Assembly (NCBI GenBank): GCA_943788635.1
Contig: CALSRA010000007.1
Span: 27,035-91,034, forward strand
Length of the DNA stretch: 64,000 nucleotides
Source of the DNA: an uncultured Alphaproteobacteria bacterium
GTDB taxonomy: Bacteria; Pseudomonadota; Alphaproteobacteria; UBA8366; GCA-2717185
Reading direction: 5' to 3'
Shown: piece by piece, positions 48,852-59,273 of the stretch
How positions within the stretch are numbered: position 1 is the stretch's first letter
Layout of the letters: every line of letters starts with the position of its first letter
The notes under the pieces: generated by a model
What the model saw: the letters and a program-made list of their open reading frames with translations, nothing else
Told to the model about the DNA's origin: nothing
The model's database searches: none
Program-made: the position numbers and the translations under genes

Positions 48852-49894
48852 TCAGCCGATCAGTCGGCTGACAATCTTTGCGGTGTAATCCACCATGGGA
48901 ATAATGCGGGCATAGTTCATCCGTGCCGGACCGACAACCCCGATTGCACCGACAATCTGTTCCCCGCGGTTAGAGAACGGCGCGATGATGACCGAACATC
49001 CCGCCAGCGCGAAAAGATCATTATCCGCGCCGATAAATATCTGCACGCCTTCCGCACCATCCCGCCGCTTCCATCAAACGCACAAGCGACTCTTTAGTAT
49101 CGAGCTTCTGAAAACAACGCCCGGATCCGTTCCAGGTCCGCCATGGCCCTTAACATCGTCAAGCAGATATCCCTGGCCTCGCACGATCAACACGCCATCA
49201 CCCGACCCGACCGACGACCATGTCGCCAGCCCGGTTTCAACAACGTTTCGGGTCAGCGCATCGATTTCCGCACGCTCTTTCGCAATTTCAGTGCGGACGG
49301 ATTCCAGCGCTTCCGGCAGCGTGCGCCCGGCAACCTGGGACGAGAAGAAATTGCTCGCCTCCGTCAGGCTCGAGGAAGGCATGCCGACCGGCAAATCGAT
49401 GACCCCGGTTTTCAACCAACCCGTCCTCGCTCACGATCACGACCAGCGCACGACCGGGACCAATGCTGACGAACTCTATATGTTTCAGCGCCGCATCCTT
49501 CTTCGGCGCCACAACCAGTCCGGCGCAATGCGACAGACCGGACAGCATCGACGACGTTTCTTCCAGAACCTGATTCAGCGTGCTGCCTGCGGTCGCGCAC
49601 TGATTTTCAATATTCCGCTGCTCATCCTCGGTCAGATTGCCGATTTCGAGGATTCCCTCGACAAAAAGCTGAAGCCCGGCATCGGTCGGCAATCGCCCCG
49701 CCGAGGTATGCGGCGCATAAAGCAGGCCGGATTCTTCAAGATCCGCCATGACATTGCGGATTGTTGCCGGCGACAGGGAAATACCGAGCTGTTGCGAAAG
49801 CGACCGCGAACCAATCGGTTCGCCCCGTTTCCACATACGCCTCTACAACAAGGCGCAGGACTTCTCGCGAACGCTGATTCAGATCTGGTTTCAT
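48852..49894 (-). pseudogene. hrcA: Heat-inducible repressor HrcA, about five apparent frameshifts
   Basis: MKPDLNQRSREVLRLVVEAYVETG starts at 49894. Later segments are EPIGSRSLSQQLGISLSPATIRNVMADLEESGLL (ORF 49288-49836), the middle domain (ORF 49074-49415) and the C-terminus QIFIGADN... (ORF 48852-49046), with short segments in other frames between them. Confidence 0.9.
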
Positions 49895-50120
49895 GATCGA
49901 TTGAATGTAGTAACGGTGCAGTGCAGCGTCAATGAACCGGACAAAAGGGAAACGCCCGATTCAACGACACCCGCCGCGCCCGGCTCAGCCCCCGCCTGTA
50001 TGCCTGTAAAGACACCCTGGCGGCGCGAAATGCCGGTCAGCGATACCGAATGGCCGCTGGACACTCGTCTCCGCAGGGATTAGCGTCCGGCCAAATTTCA
50101 GCAAACCGGAAGTGAATTTT

Positions 50121-50834
50121 ATGGATCGACCATCAGGCCGCGCGTTCGACGCATGCGCGATATCTCCCTGGAAACAGGATTTTCGAAACATGCCGAAGGG
50201 TCCTGCCTGACCAAATTCGGCGATACGCACGTTTTATGCACGGCCAGCATCGAAGAGCGGGTGCCCCCGTTCCTGCGCAACACCGGCAAGGGCTGGGTAA
50301 CGGCCGAATATGGCATGTTGCCGCGTTCGACAAATTCCCGCATGGACCGGCGCCGTGCCGCGGAATCCGGTCGTACCCAGGAAATCCAGCGCCTGATCGG
50401 CCGTAGCCTGCGTGCGGTGACGAATATGGAAGGCTTTGGCGAACGCCAGATCCGGGTCGATTGCGATGTGATCCAGGCCGATGGCGGCACGCGCACTGCC
50501 GCGATTACCGGTGGCTATGTCGCGCTGTATATCGCATTTCGCCACATGCTCGACCTCGGCGCGATCACAGAAATTCCGTTGACCGACCGGGTGGCGGCAA
50601 TTTCCTGCGGGCTTTGGGAAGACACGGCGGTTCTTGACCTTGATTACGCCGAGGATTCGACCCGCGCAGGCTGACGCGAATTTCGTTTTCACCGGATCCG
50701 GTGGCATCGTGGAAGTTCAGGGCACGGCGGAAGGGGAACCGTTCTCGCATGACCAGTTCATGTCGTTGATGGAACTGGCCCGCAAAGGCGTGCACGAACT
50801 GGTTTCCATCCAGAACACGGCACTCGGGCTGTAA
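50121..50834 (+). pseudogene. rph: Ribonuclease PH, two apparent frameshifts
   Basis: [10 protein letters not shown] starts at 50121. [32 protein letters not shown]... is in ORF 50153-50674. The C-terminus [22 protein letters not shown]... is in ORF 50634-50834. Confidence 0.9.
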
Positions 50835-50837
50835 ATC

Positions 50838-51439
50838 ATGTCGCGGCATTTCGACGGCAGCAGACTGGTGATCGCAAGCCATAACCCGGGCAAGGTCCGG
50901 GAAATCGGCGCGCTGCTCGCAGCCGTATGGTGTCGATGTCGTATCGGTTGGCGAACTGGGTCTGCCGGAACTGTCGAGGATGGCGACAGCTTCATCGCAA
51001 ACGCTGTCATCAAGGCACAGGCGGCGGCGGGCGCGGCGGGGCTCATTGCCCTGGCAGATGATTCCGGCCTTTCCGTCACCGCGCTGAATGGTGATCCCGG
51101 GATTTACTCCGCCCGCTGGGCCGGACCGGAGAAAGATTTCGGTGCCGCAATGAAAAAGGTCGAGACGCGCTGGGCGATGCACCGGATCGCAGCGCGCGTT
51201 TTGTCTGTGCCCTGGCGCTGGCCTGGCCGGATGGGCATGTGGAAACCTTCGAAGGCACTGTCGACGGCACCCTCGTCTGGCCACCCCGTGGAACACACGG
51301 CTTCGGCTATGACCCGACCTTCCTGCCCACGGGCGGCAGCGAAACGTTCGGCGAAATGGATCCGGACCGCAAACATGCGATCAGTCATCGCGCCGATGCG
51401 TTTCGCAAACTCGTCGCGGGCTGCTTCGCCGGGGGTTGA
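50838..51439 (+). pseudogene. rdgB: dITP/XTP pyrophosphatase RdgB, several apparent frameshifts
   Basis: The N-terminus ...LVIASHNPGKVREI and [23 protein letters not shown] are in the 50838 frame. The C-terminus ...[13 protein letters not shown]...[19 protein letters not shown] is in ORF 51239-51439. Confidence 0.85.
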
Positions 51440-51446
51440 ATTCACG

Positions 51447-52592
51447 ATGGGCGATCTGGCCCTCTATATTCACTGGCCGTTCTGCGTCTCCAAATGCCCC
51501 TATTGCGACTTCAACAGCCATGTCCGCGAGTCGTCGACCAACAGGCGTGGCGCGAGCGCTGCTCGCCGACCTCGCACACGAAGCCGCGGCCTGCCCGGCC
51601 GCACGCTCGGATCGATCTTCTTCGGCGGTGGCACGCCGTCGCTGATGCCAGCCTCGACCGTCGCGGCGATCCTCGACGGCGGCGCAGACGATCTGGACCC
51701 CGCCGCCCGATATCGAGATCACGCTGGAGGCGAACCCCTCTCGGTTCGAGGCGGCGCGCTTCGCCGATCTCGCGCCGCCGGCGTCAACCGCGTCTCGCTC
51801 GGGCTGCAGTCGCTCGACATACCGGCGCTCGAATTTCTCGGCCGCGCGCACAGCGTCGACCGAAGCGCTGCGCGCGCTCGACACCGGCGCAGCGCACTTT
51901 CGGCCGCGTCAGCTTCGACCTGATCTATGCGCTGCCCGACCAGAGCCTCGCCGCCTGGCAGCCGAACTCGCCCGCGCGCTGGCTTCGGCACCGAGACATC
52001 TCTCGCTCTACCAATTGACGATCGAAGCCCGGCACCCGCTTCGCCACCGAAGCCGCGCAGGGGCGCCTGACGATCCCCGACGGCGACAGCGCCGCCGACT
52101 GTTCGAGTGCACGCGGCGATGACCGCCGCCGCGGGCCTGCCCGCCTACGAAACCTCGAACCATGCGCGTCCGGCGCGGAGAGCCGCCACAACCTGACCTA
52201 TTGGCGCTACGGCGATTATGCCGGCGTCGGCCCCGGTGCACATGGACGTATCACGCAGAACAATCCAGCGCATCGCGACCCAGAGAATTCGTAGTCCCGA
52301 CAGCTGGTTGAGCCAGGTTGAGGCAAGCAGCGACGGCATGGAATCAACGGAACCGCTGCCGCCTGAAACACAATTCGAAGAAGCCATTCTGATGGGGCTG
52401 CGCCTTTCCGAAGGCATTCCCGAAACCCGGCTGCAGGCGATTACGGGAAAGGGTTTTGACGATGCGTTTGATCCGGCACGGCTGGCCGCTTTGATCGAAA
52501 GTGATTTTCTGATCCGTACGCCGGAGCGGTTGACGGCAACCCCGGCGGGACGATCCCGCCTGAACGCCGTCATTGCCCACCTTCTGGCCTAG
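51447..52592 (+). pseudogene. hemW: Radical SAM heme chaperone HemW (HemN-like), many apparent frameshifts
   Basis: LYIHWPFCVSKCPYCDFNSH (CxxxCxxC) starts at 51447. IFFGGGTPSLM, GVNRVSLGLQSLD and the C-terminal ORF 52218-52592 lie in different frames. Confidence 0.85.
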
Positions 52593-52601
52593 GTTCGCCC
52601 G

Positions 52602-54061
52602 TCAGTTTGTCAGGGGTGTGAAGCTCGGCGGGGCCGTCCGGCGTGCCTTGGTCCCATCGCGAGTGACTTCATAAATCGCAAAGGCGCGTTCGGCGATCCC
52701 GTCCTCGTTCAACCGGAAAATTCCGTCTACGCCAAGAAAGCCGCGCCGGTCCAGCAGCGCGGACATGGAAAAATCAGCACCGCCTTCACTTTGGCCCAGG
52801 ATCGCGGCCAGGGCAGTGGCGTCATAGGCCAGTGTCGCCAGACGGTGGGGCGAGCGCCCGAAGGCTTCTTTGAACCGCGCAACAAAACGTTCGTGTTCTT
52901 CCGTCGGCGAACCGGTGAACCATGCGCCGATCAGCGCCGGCTCATTGCCCAGATTTGGAATCAGGTCCCATGACCGCAGACCCAGCAGCTTGACCTGTGG
53001 CACATCGATATCAAAATAGGACAGCAGGGCCGAAAACGTTCGCAGGCGCTCACCACTTTCAGGCAAAATCAGCGCATCGAACGGTGGTTCGCCGATTGCT
53101 ATCAACCCGCTCCAGACGACGCAGTGCCTGCCGGGAAATTTCGTCGCTTTTATCCGCCAGCGCCTTTCGCTGCGCAAGCAGCGCGCGATGTCGCGGTTCG
53201 TAGCCGGAAAAATCCTTCACTAGGTTCGTATAATCCGCTGCGGCCGTGTCATAGAGCCGCGCGCGAACCAACGACCCGCCGCCAGCCAGTACGGCATTCC
53301 GCGTCGCATCGACAACGGCACGGCCGTAATCGTCATCCGGCGCCAGCACCGCAAATCGTGTCGCCCCCTCCGCCGCAGCATAGCCCACCACGGACTGCAC
53401 CTGCTGGCGCGGCACGAAACCAAGGATGAAAACACCATCCCCGGCGACCTCATGCGAATTTGAAAAGGCAACGACCTGTACGCCGGCCGCCTTGGCAACC
53501 GGCGCAAACCGTCCGAACCGATGCCGCCAGAAGCGGGCCCAGAATAAGCTGGGCCTGGTTTCTGACAGCCGCAACAGCGGCAGCACGCGCGCCGGCTTCC
53601 GTTCCCGCGGTATCAAACGGCATCAACACGAAGGAATCGTCCGCCAGCTCGAACATTGACAGTTGTGCTGCATCCAGCATGGCCTGTCCCAGCGGACCGT
53701 TCGGGCCGGTCAGCGGCAGCAGAATTGCGACACGCGCTTCCGGCGGGCCGGCGGGTTCCGGCGACAACAAGGCTGGCGCGGATACCGGAGCCGCGGACTC
53801 TGCTGGCGGTTTCTCCACGGCCTCGACCGGCGCCTTTGCCTGTGCCGGCGGCGTTTCAGCGGGTTTTGGCGTATCGGATTCGACGCGCCCCGTTGACGGT
53901 TCGAATTTGCGGAACTGCGGCTCTTCTTTTACGGTGCTTACAACACAGCCGGTCGCGCCGAATGCTACAAACAGGGCGGCGCCGAACATTGCGAGCGCTT
54001 TGCCGCGAAACAGAGGAATCCGCCGCGCCGGGCGACATTTCTGATTATGCCGGGAATTCAT
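52602..54061 (-). pseudogene. LpoA-like penicillin-binding protein activator / type-1 periplasmic-binding-fold lipoprotein, two apparent frameshifts
   Basis: Lipoprotein signal ...ALFVAFGATGC and a Pro/Ala-rich linker are in ORF 53450-54073. The binding-fold sequence continues in ORFs 53059-53616 and 52602-53177. Confidence 0.65.
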
Positions 54062-54945
54062 GATGGCGGACACTAGCGAGCCTCCGAAAGGAAGTAAACC
54101 AACGCCGGAATTGACGTCGGGCCTCTATATTGTGGCGACACCGATTGGCAATCTTCGGGACATGACCTACCGCGCCGTCGACATTTTACACTCTGCTGAC
54201 CTGATCGCCTGCGAGGACACGCGTGTCACCGCAAAACTTCTGGCCGCATATGATATTCGCACCAAGATGACGGCATATCACGAACATAATGCGGCAAAAG
54301 TACGACCGAGAATGATTCGAGACCTGCAGGCCGGTATGCGGATCGCACTGGTCAGCGATGCGGGTACACCACTCGTTTCCGATCCCGGCTACCGGCTGGT
54401 CAAGGAAGTCGTTGCAGCAGGTATTACCGTCAGCGCAATTCCCGGCGCCAGCGCAACACTGACGGCGCTGGCAACGGCCGGCTTGCCAACCGACAAATTC
54501 ATGTTTGCCGGATTTCCGCCACCGCGCAGCGCCCGGCGGGTCACGGCGCTGCAGTCGCTCGCCGGTATCGACGCCACCCTGATTTTTTTTCGAATCAGCC
54601 CGGCGGCTCGCCGCAACCCTGACCGACATGCACACCGTCCTGGGCCCGAGGCCGGCCGCCATTGCCCGTGAATTGACCAAACGGTACGAAGAAGTGCGGC
54701 GGGGGACACTGGAAGAGCTCGCACGTCATTACGATGAAAGCGGCCCGCCCCTGGGCGAAGTGGTCATTGTCGTCGGGCCGCCGGACAGCGACCCGGTCAC
54801 CGAAGATGCGGATATCGATATCTTGCTGCAAGGTGCGATGACATCGATGAGCCTGCGGGATGCCGCCGCAACCGTTGCCGAAGCGACAGGACGGCCGCGG
54901 CGCGAAATTTACGCCCGCGCATTGGCGCTGGGGGCGGAAGATTGA
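54060..54945 (+). pseudogene. rsmI: 16S rRNA 2'-O-methyltransferase RsmI, one apparent frameshift in a T8 run
   Basis: GLYIVATPIGNLRDMT...CEDTR is in ORF 54060-54671 and ...ARELTKRYEEV... is in ORF 54628-54945. Removing one T from the run at 54583-54590 restores LIFFESARRLAATL. Confidence 0.9.
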
Positions 54946-55316
54946 CCGACAGCCGCAAACGCCGCAACGCCTGGCGGCGCGGCCGTATTGCGGAAACACT
55001 GGGCATGGTATGGCTTGTAGTACGGGGCTACCGGATCATGGAAAAACGTATGCGCACCCCGGTTGGCGAAATCGATATCGTGGCGCGGCGCGGCCGGACC
55101 CTGGCGATCATCGAGGTCAAGGCACGTGCCGACCGCAATATGGCACTGGCGGCAGTCGGCCCCCGGCAGCGCCGACGACTGCAACGCGCAGCGGCCTGGC
55201 TTGTGGCGGGACGGAATGATCTTGCAACACTCGATATACGGTTTGACGTGCTTGCCGTCACGCCGTGGCGAGTACCGTTACATGTTATTGACGCTTGGCG
55301 GACGGAAGAGTGTTGA
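54942..55316 (+). CDS. yraN: YraN-family (UPF0102) endonuclease-like protein
   Basis: 124 aa. GEIDIVARRGRTLAIIEVKAR motif. TTG start overlaps the rsmI stop. Confidence 0.85.
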   Translation: MTDSRKRRNAWRRGRIAETLGMVWLVVRGYRIMEKRMRTPVGEIDIVARRGRTLAIIEVKARADRNMALAAVGPRQRRRLQRAAAWLVAGRNDLATLDIRFDVLAVTPWRVPLHVIDAWRTEEC

Positions 55317-55330
55317 GTAGATAAAGGTTC

Positions 55331-55955
55331 ATGCGAAAACACCCGAAACATTCGAAACGATCAGCGACCGCAATCACGGGCAGGCTTTGCCTTGTCGCCA
55401 TGCTGTGCCTGGCCCTGCCCGGCTGCGTCAGCCTGGTCATCGGTGCCGGCGCGACGGCGGGGTACCGCCGCGATGCAGGAGCGGGGACTGGGCGGCGCCA
55501 TTGACGACACGGTCATCCACAGCAAGATCGCCGCTGCCTTTCTGGAAAATGACGTTAGCCTGCGCCGGCTCAGCATTGAGGTTCATCAGGGGGAAGTTCT
55601 GCTGACCGGCACGGTGCCGAATATTACCCACCGCGTGAATGCCGTGCGCCGCGCCTGGCAGGTGGAAGGCGTCAAAACGGTTATCAATGAAATCGAGATT
55701 GCAGACAGCAGCGACGTTATTGATCTTGCCCGTGATACCTGGATAACCGCACAATTGCGTTTGCGGCTGACATTCGACAGCAAGGTGCTGGCGATCAACT
55801 ATGCCATCGAAACAGTCAATGGTGCGGTCTACCTGATGGGTGTGGCGCAAAGCGCTGCGGAGCTGGCACAGGTCCGCAGCCACGCAAGAGAACTGAGATA
55901 CGTTCGCCGGATCGTCAGCCATGTGCGGATCAAACAACCGGACCCTGCAGGCTAG
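55331..55955 (+). pseudogene. BON-domain (OsmY/DolP-like) lipoprotein, one apparent frameshift
   Basis: ATG 55331 encodes MRKHPKHSKRSATAITGRLCLVAMLCLALPGC (lipobox LPGC), then runs out of frame at the G4 run 55459-55462. Two BON domains continue in ORF 55392-55955. Confidence 0.75.
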
Positions 55956-55958
55956 GTC

Positions 55959-56786
55959 ATGGATCAGACGGAAGCGGAACAGGTTCTGCGCGATGTTGGC
56001 AATTCGGCCGGACGGCCCGTCGACATTGCCGGCGCGGCCCTGGCCCTCGCCTCGTTCGACCATCCCAGTGTCGACCAGGAACAGTATCACCGGCACCTTT
56101 CCGAACTTGCATCGGATGTCGGGCGGGCCGCCGGTGGAACGGAAAGGCTTTCTGAACGGCTGGATGCGCTCAACACGACGCTCGTTGCGCAGTACGGCTA
56201 TCAGGGGGACAGCCAGAGTTACGACGACCTGCAGAATGCCAATCTGATGCAGGTAATCGACCGCCGCAAGGGACTGCCGGTCGCACTGGGCATTCTATAC
56301 ATCCATGTCGCGCGGGCGCAGGGGTGGGTGATGTCGGGGCTCGCCTTTCCCGGCCATTTCCTGCTGCGGCTGGATGGGCCCAATGCGCGTCTCGTAATTG
56401 ACCCCTTTCATGGCGGCACCCAACTGGAACCGCATAATCTGCGCGACATGCTGAAGACCATGACCGGCAATGACGCAGAATTGTTACCGGAGCATTATGC
56501 CGAGGTTTCAGATCGCGATATCCTGTTGCGCCTGCAGAACAACATCAAACTCCGCCTGATTCAGCAGAATAACGCGGAAGGCGCCGGCAATGTCGTCGAC
56601 CGAATGTTGATGCTGGCGCCATCAGAAGCCGGGTTATGGCGTGAGTCATGCCTGCTGAATGCGAAAATCGGTCGGCTACAAGCGGCCATCGGTGCCATCC
56701 AGACGTTCCTTGATTTCGATATCGGGCAGGCGGCGCGACAGGAAGCTGTCGCCCTTCTGCAGCAAATGCGAGACCGCTTGAACTGA
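55959..56786 (+). CDS. SirB1/UPF0162-type transglutaminase-like plus TPR-like protein
   Basis: 275 aa. ...[31 protein letters not shown]...FPGHFLLR... is typical of this family. Confidence 0.6.
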   Translation: MDQTEAEQVLRDVGNSAGRPVDIAGAALALASFDHPSVDQEQYHRHLSELASDVGRAAGGTERLSERLDALNTTLVAQYGYQGDSQSYDDLQNANLMQVIDRRKGLPVALGILYIHVARAQGWVMSGLAFPGHFLLRLDGPNARLVIDPFHGGTQLEPHNLRDMLKTMTGNDAELLPEHYAEVSDRDILLRLQNNIKLRLIQQNNAEGAGNVVDRMLMLAPSEAGLWRESCLLNAKIGRLQAAIGAIQTFLDFDIGQAARQEAVALLQQMRDRLN

Positions 56787-56865
56787 CCCACTGTGCGGCG
56801 CCGTTATGCGCCTTTATGATACGCACCGTCCGACACGCGAGATGCGTTTGAACGAGGAGCCGACC

Positions 56866-57804
56866 ATGAGCCTATCCGTCGCCATCCAGATGGATCCGAT
56901 TGAAGATATCGATATTAACGGCGACAGCAGTTTCGTGCTGGGGCTTGAAGCACAGAAGCGTGGCCATGAACTGTATTACTACCTGCCCAAGGCGCTGACC
57001 TTTCGCGACGGCAAGGTGACCGCGCGCGGCCGCCGGCTGACCCTGCGCCGCGAAGCCGGCAACCATTTCGAGGCCGGCCCGCAGATCATGCTGGACCTGG
57101 AATCGATGGACGTCATCCTGATGCGTCAGGACCCCCCTTTCGACATGGCATATATTACCGCGACACATCTGCTGGAACATCTGCACCCCAAGACACTGGT
57201 GGTGAATGACCCCGCGCATGTCCGCAACGCGCCGGAAAAAATATTCGTGACCCGCTTTCCGGATTTGATGCCGCCGACACTGATCACCTCTGCCCGCGAG
57301 GAAATTCTGGCGTTCCGCGCCGAACACAAAGACATCATCGTCAAGCCGCTATACGGCAATGGCGGCGCCGGCGTCTTTCATATCAAGCCAGGCGACGAAA
57401 ACCTGGCCTCGCTGCTGGAAATGTTCACCGGTATCTACCGTGAACCCATTATCGTTCAACGCTACCTGCCGGAAGTCCGCGCGGGTGACAAACGGATCAT
57501 CCTGGTTGACGGCAAGGCCGTCGGCGCGACGAACCGTATTCCGCCAGAAGGCGAAGCACGCTCCAACATGCATGTTGGCGGCAAGCCGGCAGCAACGACA
57601 CTGACCAAGCGTGAGGAAGAAATTTGCGAAGCCATCGGTCCGACACTGAAAGAATACGGGCTGATCTTTGTCGGTATCGACGTGATCGGCGACTATCTGA
57701 CCGAAATCAACGTCACATCACCGACCGGCATTCAGGAAGTGAACCGCTTCAACAATGTTTGTCTGGAAGCCGATATCTGGGATGCAATCGAAGCGCGGCT
57801 TTAG
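56866..57804 (+). CDS. gshB: Glutathione synthetase (prokaryotic ATP-grasp type)
   Basis: 312 aa from ATG 56866 (RBS GAGGAG). [24 protein letters not shown]-terminus and ATP-grasp motifs ([33 protein letters not shown]). Confidence 0.95.
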   Translation: MSLSVAIQMDPIEDIDINGDSSFVLGLEAQKRGHELYYYLPKALTFRDGKVTARGRRLTLRREAGNHFEAGPQIMLDLESMDVILMRQDPPFDMAYITATHLLEHLHPKTLVVNDPAHVRNAPEKIFVTRFPDLMPPTLITSAREEILAFRAEHKDIIVKPLYGNGGAGVFHIKPGDENLASLLEMFTGIYREPIIVQRYLPEVRAGDKRIILVDGKAVGATNRIPPEGEARSNMHVGGKPAATTLTKREEEICEAIGPTLKEYGLIFVGIDVIGDYLTEINVTSPTGIQEVNRFNNVCLEADIWDAIEARL

Positions 57805-57824
57805 CCCGGACGCGCCGGGCGCCA

Positions 57825-58922
57825 TCAGGTTTCGAAATCGAATATCGCGCTCTGTAAAAGGCCCGCGACACCTGCACTGGTAGCGTTAAGCGATTTCGTC
57901 AGTGCACTTTCGAAAATCAGCTGACGTTTCTGCTCTTCAAGTTCGAAGCGCCGTTCATTGGCGAATTTTTCCGCCTCCAGCCCGGACACAGCGTTCTTGT
58001 TCTCCTCGATCTGCCCCTGGCTGAATTTTAGTGATACCTCGGCCTGCTTCAGCTGGCTTTCGAACATCGAAATATTGAAGCGCAATTTGGACAACGAATC
58101 CGTGATATCCGCCAGCGCCGTGTCGCGAAGGGTCTCGTCCTCGAAATTTCCATAGAAATAGGAGTGCAGTATGCCGACGCCCTTGCGTTCCAGCGTGCCT
58201 TCAAGGACAGGCGTCCCTTCGCCGCTTCGGGTAATCGATACCGAGCCCGTCGTATCGTCATAGGCAATGACGTCGTCATTCTTCAGCAAAACACCCGTAT
58301 CGTTCGGGTCCCCATTTGGAAACTGGACGATCGACGAACCGAAAATATTCGGCATGAACGTATCGCCATTGCCGTCGGTAATCACATAATCCGCGCCAAG
58401 AAAATTGCCGTTATATGTCACATTGGCAAGCGAACCCGGTTTGGCCTGAACTTCCAGGTCGTTTGCGTCGAAAATATCGCGGATGCTTGACCCGATCAGA
58501 TTCTTGCCAAGATGCCCGGCCCCTTTAGCCCGCAAGTTGTATTTGCCGATCAACTGATCGAACTGGTTGGCGAATTCACGTTTGGTTTCAGCCGTCGTAT
58601 CGGGACTTTGCGTCTTCACGATAAGCTCGCGCGCTTCCAGCAACAGGGCCTTCATTTCGACGAGGCGCTCATTCGCTTTTTCCAGCGTCTTAACCGCCCG
58701 CTTCTGCTTTACCGTCAATTTGGTAAATCCCTGCAGGACACGGGTCGCTTCGCGCGCCTGCGCTTCAAGCCGGGACTGGCCGCGGATCTCCTCGGGACCG
58801 GAAGGGCCGCCATTCCGGCCAGCCAACGCAATCTGAACCGTTCGGTTCGACGCAGCCTGACTGACCGTTGCGAACAACGACGAATTCAGCTCCGAGATCG
58901 AGTTATTGAAAAGAAGACCCAT
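57825..58922 (-). CDS. Divergent flagellin-like protein (flagellin-type N- and C-terminal helical regions)
   Basis: 365 aa. The N-terminal region (...EEIRGQSRLEAQAREA...LVEMKALLLEARELIV...KREFANQFDQLI...) and C-terminal region (...ALADITDSLSKLRFNISMFESQLKQAEVSL...) follow the heptad and residue pattern of flagellin D0/D1 helices, with a non-helical middle. No flagellar genes are nearby. Confidence 0.4.
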   Translation of the reverse strand: MGLLFNNSISELNSSLFATVSQAASNRTVQIALAGRNGGPSGPEEIRGQSRLEAQAREATRVLQGFTKLTVKQKRAVKTLEKANERLVEMKALLLEARELIVKTQSPDTTAETKREFANQFDQLIGKYNLRAKGAGHLGKNLIGSSIRDIFDANDLEVQAKPGSLANVTYNGNFLGADYVITDGNGDTFMPNIFGSSIVQFPNGDPNDTGVLLKNDDVIAYDDTTGSVSITRSGEGTPVLEGTLERKGVGILHSYFYGNFEDETLRDTALADITDSLSKLRFNISMFESQLKQAEVSLKFSQGQIEENKNAVSGLEAEKFANERRFELEEQKRQLIFESALTKSLNATSAGVAGLLQSAIFDFET

Positions 58923-59273
58923 TGGATTCCATCCTGAGGCATCAGGTATATCGCCATTTCATTAACAACTCGTAGCGATACACCAAGCAACAGTTGCAAC
59001 TTTCATGCCCCACTCAATACATTGAAACCCGCTGGTTTCTGCGCATTTTCCGGCCAGGGTGGCCCCTGACACCCCCTCAGCCCGGCAATTTCTGCCCTGT
59101 CGGCAAGTATTGCCCGGCAAGACCGGCCACAATCACTGTTCCGGGTTCAAAACAATTTGCGCGGGCTATACGTGCCGCCACACGATACCGTAAGTTGGTC
59201 TGCCCCACACCTGCATGCAACGCTTTGTCTGCCAGGGCCAAAGCCTGGAGCAGGCACCGAGAGGTCGACGCCG

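Noticed and set aside
48210-49896. Two long plus-strand ORFs (48210-49097 and 48985-49896) covering the grpE/hrcA region.
   Set aside because: They are antisense to clearly GrpE- and HrcA-homologous sequence and have Ser/Arg/Pro-rich composition. They appear long only because the true genes are fragmented in the ORF track.
49895-50120. A CIRCE operator (TTAGCACTC-N9-GAGTGCTAA) upstream of hrcA and upstream of dnaK.
   Set aside because: I saw no match or near-match in either upstream region. In Alphaproteobacteria CIRCE is normally at groESL, which is not in this window.
44142-52592. Programmed ribosomal frameshifting or another recoding mechanism as the explanation for the broken dnaK, grpE, hrcA, rph, rdgB and hemW frames.
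   Set aside because: There are too many events per gene, in both +1 and -1 directions, and I saw no shared slippery motif. Recoding is not known for these genes. Indel errors or decay are far more likely.
57804-57820. The hairpin GCCCGG-ACGCG-CCGGGC between the convergent gshB and flagellin-like genes as a bidirectional terminator.
   Set aside because: It has only a 6-bp stem and no flanking T or A tract, and it overlaps the gshB stop codon. That is too weak to call.
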